Part shown: piece by piece, positions 38,517 through 52,059 of the stretch | How positions within the stretch are numbered: position 1 is the stretch's first letter | Layout: the number at the start of each line of letters is the position of its first letter | NCBI RefSeq assembly: GCF_006345805.1 | Contig: NC_043024.1 | Coordinates: 10,416,001-10,480,000, forward strand | DNA length: 64,000 bases | Reading direction: 5' to 3' | Source of the DNA: Octopus sinensis | Taxonomy: Eukaryota | The notes under the pieces: model-generated | Database searches by the model: none | Seen by the model: only the letters and a program-made list of their open reading frames with translations | Told to the model about the DNA's origin: nothing | Made by a program: the position numbers and the translations under genes

Positions 38517-41500
38517 CTTTTCGACCCCTGGTCACCCTCGGGCGAGGCAACAGTCACGGCCACGATGTTGGTGCCGAGTGGTCCAGTCTCGTCCGTTGTT
38601 TCTCCGCCCATGAGATGATGGCTGCTGCCACCTACAACAAGCAACCGCTCACAAGAAGATGGCTCGTCCCCGACCGGCGCCGGCAGCTGCTCCAGACTGT
38701 CAGTGTTACAGTCTCCATCACTATCATCATCCTTGTCCACTGACATCACCGATTTCTCCAAAACGGCAGAGTCATCTGTTTGTTGTTGGTGGTGGTGGCC
38801 ATCACCCTCTACATCCATTGTATCATCATCATCATCATCAAAGAATAAGTTGTTGTCGTCTTTGATGAGGATGTCCAGCATAGGAGTCTGAGAGTCACTG
38901 GGATCACGACTCGGATTCTTTTCCAATATCTCTGGTGATTCTCGTTGTACGATGGCATCCTGCAAGACAGGGGACATTAGGATATTGGGGTCTACCGAGG
39001 GACTTTTGGCTGGCGATGAACCTGGATCTTTCATTTGCGAAGAATCTCCACTTTGGTTTCCATTGTTCCAAATATCAGTTGTTGTCTGTGACTGTGTCTT
39101 GTTCTCAAAGACCGATACATCATCTGGTATAGGTCGAGCCATTTCTATATTGGCAGCTGTTGCTGGATTAGTAACACAATCTGTATAAGATTTACTTGCA
39201 AACGTCTTGGTGGTCACATCTGGGTTGGAATTATATCTTAGTTTGTTGGTAATTACATTCGTATCAGAGTAACATTTAGTCTTTTTGGTGTTATTGACAA
39301 GCTCATCGGTAATTAGTGGTTTGTCCAGCACCATATCAGTGCAAGAATTAGATTGTGATGTTTTGGTATTTAATACTGTGCCAGATGTCGCATCTGTGCG
39401 AGAATTACTTCTAGATGTCTTGGCAATAATTGTTGTGTCAGATACCATATCTGTGCGAGAACTATTTCTAGAGGTTTTGTTAACAATTGCTGTCTCAGAA
39501 ACCAGATCTGTGCGAGAATTATTCCTAGATGTATTGGTACTCAACGCTGTGTCAGATGCAATATCTGTGTGAGAATTATTTCTAGACATTTTGGAAATGA
39601 TTGCTGTGTCAGATGCCATATCTCTGTGAGAATCTTTTCTAGATTTTTTGATAACAATTGCTGTGTCAGATGCCATGCCTGTACAAGAATTATTTCTAGA
39701 CGTTTTGGTAACAACTGTTGTGTCAGATACAATATCCGTGCGAGAATTATTTCTAGAGGTTTTAGCACTTAATGTTGTGTCAGACACCAGATCTGTGTGA
39801 GAATTATTTCTAGACATTTTGGAAACAATTGCTGTGTCAGACACCATATCTCTGTGAGAATCATTTCTAGAATTATTTCTAGATGTATTGGTACCAATTG
39901 CTATGTCAGATGCTATAGCTCTGCGAGAATTATTTCTAGATTTTTTGGTAACAATTGCTGTGTCAGAAGCCATGTCTGTGCAAGAATTATTTCTAGATGC
40001 TTTGGTAACAATTGCTGTGTCAGACACCATATCTGTGCGAGAATTATTTCTAGGTGTTTTAGCACTCAATGTTGTGTCAGACACCAGATCTGTGCGAGAA
40101 TTATTTCTAGACATTTTGGTAACAACTGGTGTGTCAGAAGCCATATCTGTGCGAGAATTATTTCTAGATGTTTTGGTAACAACTGCTGTGTCAGAAGCCA
40201 TATCTGTGCGAGAATTATTTCTAGATGTTTTGCTAACAACTGTTGTGTCAGAAGCCATATCTGTGCGAGATTTATTTCTAGATGTTTTGGTAACAACTGG
40301 TGTGTCAGACACCATATCTGTGCGAGAACTATTTCTAGATGTTTTGGTAACAACTGCTGTGTCAGACACCATATCTGTGCGAGAATTATTTCTAGACATT
40401 TTGGTAACAATTGGTGTGTCAGATGCCATATCTGTGCGAGAACTATTTCTAGATGTTTTGGTAACAATTGGCGTGTCAGACACCATATCTGTGCGAGAAC
40501 TATTTCTAGATGTTTTGGTAACAATTGGTGTATCAGATACCAGATCTGTGCGAGAATTATTTCTAGACATTTTGGTAACAATTGGTGTGTCAGATGCCAT
40601 ATCTGTGCGAGAATTATCTCTAGATATGTTAGTACTCAATGCTGTGTCAGACACCAGATCTGTGCGAGAATTATTTCTAGATGTAATTGTAACAGGTGAT
40701 CTGGTGTCTCTAGCAAATGCGTCGTTATTTCGTCTAAATGAGATTTTATCACTGTCAGGTGTGCTGGCATTATATCTTGATGATTTGGTATGTCTAGCAG
40801 GTGCATCTTGCGCCATACCTGTATGAGAGTTACACCTTGGCATGTTTGTAATGACTGCTGTCTTGGACAACATATTTGTATCAGAATTACAGTTCAATCG
40901 TTTGGTATTAATAATGTTCTCACCTGGGTGTAAATTACTTTCAGGTGTCTCTGTAACACCAACAGGTGTGGCGATGTTGCTTCTAGGGGTGTTTGTAACA
41001 TCAACAGGTGTGTTGGCATTGCTCCTAGCAATGTCAGTAACACCAACAGGTGTGGCGATGTTGCTTCTAGGGGTGTTTGTAACATCAACAGGTGTGTTGG
41101 CATTGCTCCTAGCAATGTCAGTAGCATCAACAGGTGTGTTGGCATCACTTCTTGGGGTGTTGCTAAGACGTCCTGAGGGGTCGGTAATGTCTTTGTATAT
41201 ATATGCAGGTGTGTTGATATGGCTTCCAGCAATGTCAGTCTCAAGTCTTGGAGACTTACCAAAGCTTCTAGGTGAAGGTGAGTTAGTGTTAAACTTGGGT
41301 GATGTGCTAAGGCTTCTCGGTAAAGGTGAGTTAGCCTTAAGCTTGGGTGACTTGGTAAAACTTGCAGGTGAGATACTAAGACTGCTTGATGAATTCGAAA
41401 GGCTTCTAGCGTCATTGGTGGGACAGAGAGCTGTATTAGTATTAAGTTTAAGTGCATTTTTATCACTTTCAGGTGTATTGGCATTGGATCTTGGGGATTT

Positions 41501-43428
41501 GACACAGGTGCTCGATATGTTGTTAAGAAGTACAGGTACATTTACATCAATATCAGGTGCGTTACTATCACTTTCAGGTGTGTTGGTGTCAGATCTAGAT
41601 AATTTGACACAAGTGTTTGATATGTTGTTAAGAAGTCCAGGTGTGTTTATCTCAATATCATTTGAGTTGCTATCATTTTCAGGTGTGTTGCTATTAGATT
41701 GTGATGATTTCACACAAGTGGTTGATACATTGTTTAGAAGTCCAGGTGTGTTTATATCAATATCAGTTGAGTTGCTATCACTTCCAGATGTGTTGTTATT
41801 AGATCTTGATTTCACACAAGTGGTTGATGCATTGTTAAGAAGTCCAGGTGTGTTTATATCAATATCAGGTGAGGTGCTGTCACTTTTAGGTGTGTTGATG
41901 TTAGACTGTGATGATTTGACACAGGTGCTTGTTATGTTGTTGAGAATTCCAGGCGTGTTGCTATCATTTTCAGGTGAGTTGCTATCATTTTCAGGTGAGT
42001 TGCTACCATTTTCAGGTGTGTTAATGTCAGACAGCGAAGATTTGATACAAATGGTTGATGCATTATTTAGAAGTTGAAGTGTCTTTATATCAATATCAGG
42101 TGAGTTGCTATCACTGTCAGGTGTGTTACTATAAGATCTTGATTTTACACAAGTGGTTGATACATTGTTAAGATGTCCAGGTATACTTATATCAATCTCA
42201 GGTGTGTTGGTATTAGATCTCGGTGATTCAACACATCTTGTAGATGTATCGTTATTATCTCCGGTTGTGTCTATATCACAATTAAGTGTATTGTTATTAG
42301 GTGCTGATGATTTAGTATATCTATCAGGTGTATGATAAAGCTCAGGTGTGCTGCTATCAGATCTGTCAGGTGTGCTTGCATTAGATATTGGTGATTCAAT
42401 GTATCTAGGAGTGTTAATATCACTGTCAGGTGAGACAATATTAAATCTAGGTGAGATAACATGACTAACAGGTGTATCATTATCATAATCTCTAGATGTG
42501 TCTATATCCACATCAGGTGTATTGAGATAAGATCTAGGTGATTTTGTTGGTTTAATAGGTATGTTGTTAGTATCTTCAGGTGTAATTTCATCATTGTCAG
42601 GTGAATTAGTACCAGATCTAAATGCTTCAGCGTGTCTAGTACATGTCTTGTTAAATCCAGGTATGTTTGTATAACTGTCAGGTGTGTTAGATTTCACTCT
42701 GTTAGGTCCCGGCGACTTAATGTGTCTGGAAGATGTATCTTTATGTGCAGGTGTGTTTGTACGACTGCCATGTGTATAACGAACAGATCTAGGTGAATTA
42801 GAAGGCTCGTTAGGTGTGTTAGTATTGGACTTCCTCTGTGTGCCATAATTAAACACAGGTGAGTTAGTAAAACTGCCAAGCATATTGTCGACATTGTCTG
42901 AGGCTGTAGGAGCAAAAGCATTGACGTGTGTCACGCCGCCACCACCACCACCACTACCATCGTTACCATCACCACCATTGTCATTATCATCACCATCATT
43001 ATCATATTCATCGTCATCCTCATTGTCACTGTCACTCTGCGAACACGAACAGACACAAACATCAAGCCCCTTGGAACTATACGCAGGTGAGCGACCATTA
43101 TTCTGGTCCATGGGTTGACCCACAGGTGTAAAACCAATATCCTCGTTATCAAACAAACTACTTGATGTCGACGTCGACGTATCATCATCGGATACATCGT
43201 CGCAGATCTTCGACGGAGAGAAATCTCCCATCATGTCAGTCGATAGCCGAGTCGGTGAGTCCCGGGATGATAAGATGATTCCAGTGCCACTGGTTTTGCC
43301 ATTGTTCTGGTTAGGGGTTTCGCGGCTCGGTTCTGATAAGTTGGATCTGGAATGTTCTGTCGGAGTTAACTGGTTTCCTGCTGAATCATTGAAGTAACTT
43401 TTGTTAGGCTTTGGGCTTGCTTCCTGCA
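38517..43428 (-). CDS. ZBBX: Giant (4912 nt) coding exon of the ZBBX-like gene; Ser/Thr/Asn/Asp-rich disordered tandem repeats
   Basis: Uninterrupted ORF (track 38498..43534); tttattttcag|TG CAG GAA (phase 1) and AAA AG|gttggt (phase 2) match the flanking exons. Confidence 0.8.
39300..40690 (-). repeat. Coding minisatellite, 57-nt unit (19 aa, SRNNSRTDMVSDTAIVTKT), about 24 copies
   Basis: Counted directly in the translation of the giant exon. Confidence 0.92.
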
Positions 43429-45174
43429 CTGAAAATAAATACAAACATATATAATGTTTGAAAATAAATACAAAAATATATAAATTTTTTTTCTTTACTA
43501 CCCACAAGGGGCTAAACATAGAAGGGACAAACAAGGACAGACAAAGGGAGTCAGTCGATTACATCGACCCCAGTGCGAAACTGGTACTTTATTTATCGAC
43601 CCTGAAAGGATGAAAGGCAAAGTCGACCTCAGCGGAATTTGAACTCAGAACCTAACGACAGACGAAATACCGCTAAGCATTTCACCCGGCGCGCTAACGT
43701 TTCTGCCAGCTCGCCATGCCCCAGCATGGCCACAGCTCGTGAGCTGAAACTAGATAAAATAAAAAAAAATAATAATACAAGCAAAACGCCCCCTGTCCAA
43801 TGGATGGTGCTGAGTTGTCAAACATTTAAACCAAATTATCTCAAAACAACTTGTCCGACCGTCCCATAGGCCTCCCCTAGGAAATGACACTGACCAAAGA
43901 AAAAAGAAAGATTAAAATTTTGTTACATAGGTACAGCTGTGGCCTGTGGTAAAAAGCTTGCTTTCCAGCCCCGTGGTTCCAGGTTCAGTCCCATTGCGTA
44001 ACACCTTGGGCAAGTGACTTCTACTATGGCCTCAGGCCGACCGAAGCCTTGTGAGTGGATTTAGTACATGGAAACTGAAAGAAGCCCATTGTATATATAC
44101 ATATATGTATCTACGAGCAAAACACTAATGGAAGGTGCTGAGTTGTCAAACATTTAAACCAAATTTTCTCAAAACAACTTGTCCAACCGTCCCATAGGCC
44201 TCCCCTTTGAGAAACACTGATTTAACCTAAATTTGAGACACCAGCAAGAGAAGAAATAAAGATAGACTTTTTTTTCTATTCCAAAGAAAAACGATTTTAT
44301 TCACGCAAACATGCAACCGAAGAGTTTAAAGTACCAGTAATGATAAGGCTGTTGACTGGGAGAACACAAACATGGTTTAAACAGTAAGCTTGGCAGGAAA
44401 GAAACGTGCCTTTAAGCAGTACAAAAACAACAAAAACTGGAAGGTGCAGTTATGTACAGGTTGACGGAAGAAAAGCAGGACAAAAACGGCTTTATCGATC
44501 GCATTCTCACCTGGAATCGATTTTTGTAATTTTTTCAAGACTTATCCATGCCCTGATACCGTCAGTATCTACATATCAAATTTGAGCACAATCGGATGGA
44601 GGATGCCTGAGATCCTAGAAGACACACACACAGACAGAACGGATTTTATATAATAGACTAGCTTAAAAGCTGCACTCTGTGAAGACTTTTAAGCTAGCTT
44701 CTGTGGAGGGCTAAATGGGGCTACAACTCAAAACTAAAGAGAGCTAAATAGTATGACTATATACGTCTGTAATGACTATATGCTCCGCTGGTATTTGATA
44801 AGAGGTCAAGGACAGATGAGAATTAATTCTGTAATGCAAATCGTTCTATTGTTCCAGTCCCAAGTTGAATTCCAGTTGTTGGCCAAATTTGTCCCAAAGT
44901 ACTTATCTCGACGTAAAATTAACGAAGCGGATGTTGTTTATTTCCCCCTTGATCTTTGACGCCATCTGACAAACGCCAACCAAGATGGTATGAATCAGCC
45001 AAGCTTTACCTGCTAGAAATAGCAACCCAAATGCTTTTAAATCAGATCCCAATGCTGGATGTTCAAGAACTAAATGAAGGGCAGATTTTCAATCCCGAGA
45101 TCATCCTGATTCCGAGAAGTAATAATATGTCTGTGTAGAGCAAATGAAGACTGGGATACAGGGGTCCCAGACGA

Positions 45175-45720
45175 ACACCAGCACCACTACTACCACTACC
45201 AAACCACCATCACGACAACCACTACCACTTCTGATACCACTGCCACCAACACTACCACCAACAGAATCACCAACACAATCACCACCACCACCACCATCAC
45301 AACTACCATCCCTACCACCACCACCATCACAACTACCATCCCTACCACCACCACCATCACAACTACCATCCTACCACCACCATAACTACTACCGCCACCA
45401 CCACCAACAACAATGACACTACCACTGCCACCATCATAGCTACCATCCCTATCACTACCACTGCTGACGCCACCACCATCACCACCAAAATCACCACCAC
45501 CACCACCACCATCACAACTACCATCCCTATCACTACCACTGCTGCCACCGCCACCACTACCGCCGCCGCCACCACCGCCACCACCACCACCACCACCACC
45601 AACACAATCACTAACCACCCTGACACAATCGCAACGACTACCACCACTACTACCACCGACACCATTACATCCACGACCACCAACTAAAACAATGACACCA
45701 ACACCAACAACAAGATAAGC
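45175..45720. repeat. (ACC)n/(CAC)n trinucleotide low-complexity tract, intronic
   Basis: Direct inspection. Confidence 0.92.
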
Positions 45721-45751
45721 AACATGAAACCAACACCTTAAAATGACTCAC

Positions 45752-45993
45752 AGATGTCACTAGCTGTTTCCACTGTCTCTGAGGGATCTTCACCAGAAGT
45801 CGTTACGGTTCTGTCCGTTGGCGCCAAATCCAAATCTGAGATGTCCTTGTTCCGACCGTTGACATCGATTCCAGCATTAAGTAGAGAATGTTCTGAATCC
45901 TTTCTCGTGTCACCTAATTGGTAAACAGGCAGTTGAGAGTCTTGTTTAAGCTCTTCAATGCTGGACGATGCTTTCTTTGTGGGGTCCGACTCC
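45752..45993 (-). CDS. ZBBX: ZBBX-like coding exon
   Basis: cgtcatag|G GAG TCG...GAC ATC T|gtgagt; ESDPTKKASSSIEELKQ...ETASDI; phase 2 to 1. Confidence 0.75.
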
Positions 45994-46822
45994 CTATGAC
46001 GATGAGGAGAAGACAATGACGAGGAAATGGTTACAGGAAAAGAAAATGAGACATTGTGAGTTCAAACTCTGGACGGGGCTACGAGATTAATATATTCTCT
46101 TCACAACACAGGCATGGCTGTGTGGTAAGTAGCTTGCTTACAAACCACATGTTTCCGGGTTCAGTCCCACTGCGTGGCACCTTGGGCAAGTGTCTTCTAC
46201 TATAGCCCCGGGCCGACCAAAGCCTTGTGAGTGGATTTGGTAGACGGAAACTGAAAGAAACCCGTCGTATATATGTATGTATGTATGTGTGTATATATAT
46301 ATATATATATTATCATCATCATCGTCACCATCATCGTTTAGCGTCCGTTCTCCATGCTAGCATGGGTTGGACGGTTCAACTAGTGTCTGTGAAGCCAGAA
46401 GGCTTCATCAGGCCCAGTCAGATTTGGCAGTGTTTCTACGGCTGGATGCCCTTCCTAATGCCAACCACTCCGTGAGTGTAGTGGGTGCTTTTTACGTGCC
46501 ACCCACATATATATATATATATGTATATGTATATATGTATACACATACACACACACACACATTCACACGTACACACACATACACACTCACACACACATAC
46601 ATACACTCACACACACATACACACACATAACACATGCATTCACATACACATACACACACACATTCACACTCACACACACATACACACACACACACACTCA
46701 CACAAACACACATTACACTCACACACATATACACGCAAAAACTATAGTGTAAAAACAAAATAAATAACAAAATAACAGTAAAATCCAAAAGCAAAATATA
46801 AAAAAAAACCTATTCCACCAAC

Positions 46823-47002
46823 CTGTTGAAAGACAGCCCCTTAAAAGGGATCACTGTCCGAGAAGCTGACCCTTCTGAACCAATTCTTTTTGCAAACATT
46901 GTGTCACTGGGGACAGAAAGGGGTCGCTGATGGGTTCCCTTGCCCTCGTCCTTCTCATCATCGCTCTCTTCATTTTTTCTCAAATAGTGTCTTCTCTCTC
47001 CA
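46823..47002 (-). CDS. ZBBX: ZBBX-like coding exon
   Basis: ctctgcag|T GGA GAG...AAC AG|gttggt; GERRHYLRKNEESDDEKDEG...GLSFN; 180 nt, phase 2 to 2. Confidence 0.72.
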
Positions 47003-47335
47003 CTGCAGAGATAGAAAATCGGTAAAAGTGACATTGCTCTGTGTGTGTGTGTGTGTGTGTGTGTGTTGGAAGGAAGAAGGAGAAGGAAAAGGTGTAGAGA
47101 GGTCATCAACAAGAGGCGCAGGAGTGGTGGCTGTGTGGTAAGTAGCTTGTTTACCAACCACAAGGTTCTGGGTTCAGTCCCACTGCATGGCACCTCGGGC
47201 AAGTCTCTTCTACTATAGCCTCAGGCCGACCAAAGCCTTGTGAGTGGATTTCGTAGACGGAAACTGAAAGAAGCCCGTCGTTTATATGTATATATGTATA
47301 TATATATAGATACATACATATATATATATATATAT

Positions 47336-47476
47336 ACAATTGCAGCGTGGAAGGTGTTTATAAGCCATTTAAGAAACACACAAAAGCCGTTCGATTCACT
47401 TCAACATTTGAAGTGAATCGAATGGCTTTTGCGTGTTTCTTAAATGGCTTATAAACACCTTCCACGCTGCAATTGT
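47336..47476. repeat. Near-perfect palindrome, 69-bp arms, 3-nt loop
   Basis: ACAATTGCAGCG...CACTTCAA-CAT-TTGAAGTG...CGCTGCAATTGT, two mismatches. Confidence 0.93.
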
Positions 47477-47553
47477 TTTCGTTTCAGCACACAATCTCAG
47501 ATCAAATTACTTGCTATGCGAGTACATCTCCGTAATATATATATATATATATA

Positions 47554-47717
47554 TAGGCGCAGGAGTGGCTGTGTGGTAAGTAGCTTGTTTACCAACCACA
47601 TGGTTCTGGGTTAAGTCCCACTGCGCGGCACCTTGGGCAAGTGTCTTCTACTATAGCCTCGGGCTGACCAAAGCCTTGTGAGTGGATTTGGTAGACGGAA
47701 ACTGAAAAAAGCCCGTC

Positions 47718-47763
<46 letters not shown>

Positions 47764-47980
47764 TTGTTTGTGTGTCTGTGTTTGTCCCCCTAGCATCGCT
47801 TGACAACCGATGCTGATGTGTTTATGCCCTCATCACTTAGCGGTTCGGCAAAACAGACAGATAGAATAAGTACTGGGCTTACAAAAGAATATGTCGCGGG
47901 GTCGAGTTGCTCGATTAAAGGCGGTGCTCCAGCATGGCCGCAGTCAAATGACTGAAACAAGTAAAAGAGTAAAAGAGTAA
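47554..47980 (+). mobile_element. tRNA-derived SINE, family B with CORE-like CCTTGGGCAAGT motif; representative full copy (others at ~750-1115, 4420-4750, 11020-11430, 22025-22420, 51835-52230, 54340-54790, 60875-61245, 61603-62012)
   Basis: Head GGCGCAGGAGTGGCTGTGTGGT...GGTT(C)AGTCCC, central (TA)n/(TG)n, tail GGTGCTCCAGCATGGCCGCAGTCAAATGACTGAAACAAG(TAAAAGAG)n. Confidence 0.9.
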
Positions 47981-48748
47981 GAGGTCGCAGGTTCATTCCC
48001 TATTGCCGGCATTTGGAGAAAAGCACTGCACTAGGCTTTTGCTGTCTGAGACCCAATAATTCTCATAGGCTGAGCCCACCTGGCAGTGAGTAGGTGCCAC
48101 ACTGCTTTTAGTATAAACAGTTTAAAGGTGAAATAAAACAATTAAATGGAACATTTAACATTGTCAGGATACAGAAGATGTCATCAAAAAGAGAGAAAAA
48201 ATAGTCTAATGAAAAACATTACACACACACACATGCACACACACACATACACATATATATATACATATTTATATCATCATCATCATCATTGTTTAACGTC
48301 CGTTTTCCATGCTAGCATGGGTTGGATGGTTCAACCGGGGCCTGGGAAGCCAGGAGGCTGCACCAGGCTCCAGTCTGATCTGGCAGTGTTTCTACGACTG
48401 GATGCCCTTCCTAATGCCAACCACTCCGTGAGTGTAGTGGGTGCTTTTTACGTGCCAGGGGAGGCTGGCAACGGCCACGATCAGTTGGTGCTTTTTACGT
48501 GCCACTGGCAGGGAAGCCAGTTAAGGCGGCACTGGCATCAGCCACGTTTGGATGGTGCTTTTTACATGCCACCAGCACAGGTATCACAACTACAATTTCC
48601 ATTTGATATTTATTTTGATGTTGATGTACTTGACTCAATAGGTCTTCTCAAGTACAGCAGGTCACCCTACGATCCAAGGTAAGCACAGCAGTCGTCCTGC
48701 GATCCAAGGTACTTTGGATGGGCTGGGGCTGCTATGTGAACCTGGTGC

Positions 48749-48821
<73 letters not shown>

Positions 48822-50049
48822 TATATATATATAATATATATATATATATATTATATATTTATATATACAGTAAGAATATTACTGAGAGATTTAAAACAAG
48901 TTGCTTGTCTCTATACAAGATCAGCAACTATGTGTCACCATATAATGCCAGTCTGTTACAGGGTTGACCCTTTATAAGAGTGGACTGGAGGCAATGGTAA
49001 ATGAAGTGTCTTGCTCAAGACCACAATGCAACAACAGTCCGGGAATCAAGACCAGAGTCTTATAATCATGAGTGCCACACCTTAGAACACCATCCATGCA
49101 CCCTCACACACACACGCACGCACATACACATGCATATGCATACACACATTCACGCACACATTCATGCACACATATACCAGACATTCAAACACAGATACAC
49201 ACATATTCACACACACATTCACACATACAGACGTATATACACATACATACACACACACATGCACACATGTAAACACACATGCATTCACATACACACACAC
49301 ACACATTCACGTGTACATACTCACATACACACATATACACACATACAGACGTATATACACATACACACACACACACACATGCACACACATGCATTCACAT
49401 ATATTCACACACATACACACATACACACATTCACACACACATACAGACGTATATACACATACATACACTCACACATAAACACACATGCATTGACATACAC
49501 ACACACAGACACATTCACACGTACACACACACACACACACGCTCACACACAAATATGCACACATTCACACACACACACACACACACACTCACACACATAC
49601 AGACATACAAGTGGAGGACGTATATATTAGTGATAATGGCAGAATGGTTAGCACGCCGGGCGAAATGCTTAGCGGTATTTCGTCTGCCGCTACGTTCTGA
49701 GTTCAAATTCTGTCACGGTCGACTTTGCCTTTCATCGATTAAATAAGTACCAGTTACGCATTGGGGTCGATATAATCGACTTAATCCATTTGTCTGTCAT
49801 TGTTTGTCCCCTCTGTGTTTAACCCCTTGTGGGTAGTAAAGAAATAGGTATTTCCATGGAATGTTCTGGAACAAATTGTAAAAGCAATTAAAATTTCACA
49901 TGGATAATGCATATTTTTCAAATGGTTTTCCTGTTGCTCTGGTCTTTGAGTGAATCACCAAACCTATTCTTTATTCCTGCATTGATGAGCTCTATATACA
50001 AATTGAACATTGGCATGGAGAATTATTTTTATATCCTTGTATTTGGCTA

Positions 50050-50700
50050 CCCGTGGTCTGATCAATAAGTATTCAGACTGTTCCTATAGTAACGAAGGTA
50101 AAGCTGCTTGGCACAAATTGACCTTGAATTCTGCTGTGTATGCACACTAAGTTTTAATGTTCTAGCTTGCTTCCGCTGTTTACAGCAACGATTGGAAGAA
50201 AGGTGTGTAGCGTGTGATTGCCGCATTGATCATGACAGAGTAAATTGAGCAGAAAATCTGCATCAAATTTGACCATAAGCTTGGCAATACCTACTCAGAG
50301 GCCCATGCAAAGTTTACGTTAATCTCAACACCTTCAAGGAGATCTTGTGCAACTGAGACCTGAGTGTCATTTTGGTCAGCTGAAAGCAGTTTTGGCACAA
50401 ACTTGATAGACACACGTCTCATACCCAAATCTTCAGAGATAATGGACAGAACTGAACCGTGACTAATATGCACATCCTCTGATAACTCACGGATGGTGAT
50501 TTGATGATTTCTCCTCACAGCTGCACGCACATCTGCGATGTTTTTCTCAGTTCTGCTGGTTGTGGGTCTCCCAGAATATTCGTCAATATTGACTTTTTTT
50601 TACCATCTTGGAAACGTCTAAACCACTCATACTCTTGAGTGCATCTCAAACACTCCTCTCCATACACTTTCTACAACTTTGCATAGGCCTCTGAGCAGGT
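50050..50700. mobile_element. Degenerate mariner transposon 5' half with internal inversion
   Basis: TIR-like GGTCTGATCAATAAGTATTCAGACT at ~50056; + strand EQKICIKF..KLG; minus ORF ITIRELSEDVHISHGSVLSIISEDLGMRRVSIKFVPKLLS (mariner HTH/WVP region). Confidence 0.85.
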
Positions 50701-50890
50701 ATCACCATTTAGTAAAATAACTTAGCTATCATTAAGCTGGTGTTAGGAACATAAATTGTGACTAAGGTTTGGTGGAAGATTTTAATTCAGAACTTATGAA
50801 AACAAGACATTTGTACAATAGAGCCAGAGGCTGTTTCAGCCAGGTTGGTATCAAAAGGGTTAAGAATTGTTTCTCTATTATATATTTTAA

Positions 50891-51111
50891 CCCTTTTGTT
50901 ACCATATTTCTGTTGAGATGCTCTGTGTTTCTTTCAATTAATTTTAAATATAACAAAGAATTTAGTAAAATAACTTGGTTATCATTCAGCTAGTGTTAGG
51001 AACATAAATTGTGACTAAGGTTTGGTGGAAGATTTTAATTCAAAACTTATGAAAACAAGACATTTGAACTTAGAGCCAGAGCTGGTTTCAGTCGGGTTGG
51101 TATCAAAAGGG
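50891..51111. mobile_element. piggyBac-type MITE, copy 1
   Basis: TTAA|CCCTTTTGTTACCA...TGGTATCAAAAGGG|TTAA, 221 bp. Confidence 0.8.
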
Positions 51112-51142
51112 TTAAGAATTGTTTCTCTATTATATATTTTAA

Positions 51143-51363
51143 CCCTTTTGTTACCATATTTCTGTTGAGATGCTCTGTGTTTCTTTCAATTAATTTTAAA
51201 TATAACAAAGAATTTAGTAAAATAACTTGGTTATCATTAAGCTAGTGTTAGAAACATAAATTGTGACTAAGGTTTGGTGGAAGATTTTAATTCAAAACTT
51301 ATAAAAACAAGACATTTTACCACAGAGCCAGAGCCGGTTTTGGCCGGGTTAGTAACAAAAGGG
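51143..51363. mobile_element. piggyBac-type MITE, copy 2
   Basis: TTAA|CCCTTTTGTTACCA...TAGTAACAAAAGGG|TTAA, 221 bp; a truncated third copy at ~50710-50863. Confidence 0.8.
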
Positions 51364-52022
51364 TTAAGAGACAAGTTAAACGAAATAAAATATCTATATT
51401 TATTATGTGTTATTTACAACGAACCAATATATAAACCGCTCTCCCTCTCTCTCTCTTTCTCTCTCTTTCACACACATATTGATATTTTAGAAGTATCTTA
51501 TCTATCCGCAGAATTAACAGGTAATCTATTCTGTTCATAAATACTCTGGGAGAGTTCCGCTAGAAGGCTTTATAATCTATGCTGTGGTCTATCATATGGC
51601 CGACGAAGATAGGGAAACTTTCCCTGTCTCTTGCTATCAGTGGTGAGTGACTGATAGGAGGCTTTTGGTGTTACAGAACTGCAAGCGTAAGAAAAAAAAA
51701 AATGTTGATATTTACTTTGTGTCATATTTACAAATCTCTATTTAAAAACGTTCTCTACCTCACAAATTCTACAAATGCCTCATCTAATCTTTTACCTCTT
51801 TCAGTTATTAGACTGTGGCCATGCTGGGACATTACTCTTTTACTCTTTTACTTGTTTCAGTCATTTGACTGCAGCCATGCTGGAGCGCCGCCTTTAGTCG
51901 ACCAAATCAACCCCAGGACTTATTATTTGTAAGCCTAGTACTAATTCTATCGGTCTCTTTTGTCGAACTGCTAAGTGACGGCGATGTAAACACACCAGCA
52001 TCGGTTGTCAAGACACAAACAT

Positions 52023-52059
<37 letters not shown>

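Noticed and set aside
39541-42077. Antisense and alternative-frame ORFs of 171-411 aa over the giant exon
   Set aside because: By-products of a tandem repeat unit without stops; no independent splice or start context
44753-45138. Short ORFs and a CAG|GTAAAG donor in unique intronic sequence
   Set aside because: No credible acceptor, and the flanking exons already join in phase
45144-45683. Pro-, Gly- or Val-rich ORFs (also 62491-63194)
   Set aside because: Trinucleotide tracts lying in introns of a phase-consistent gene model
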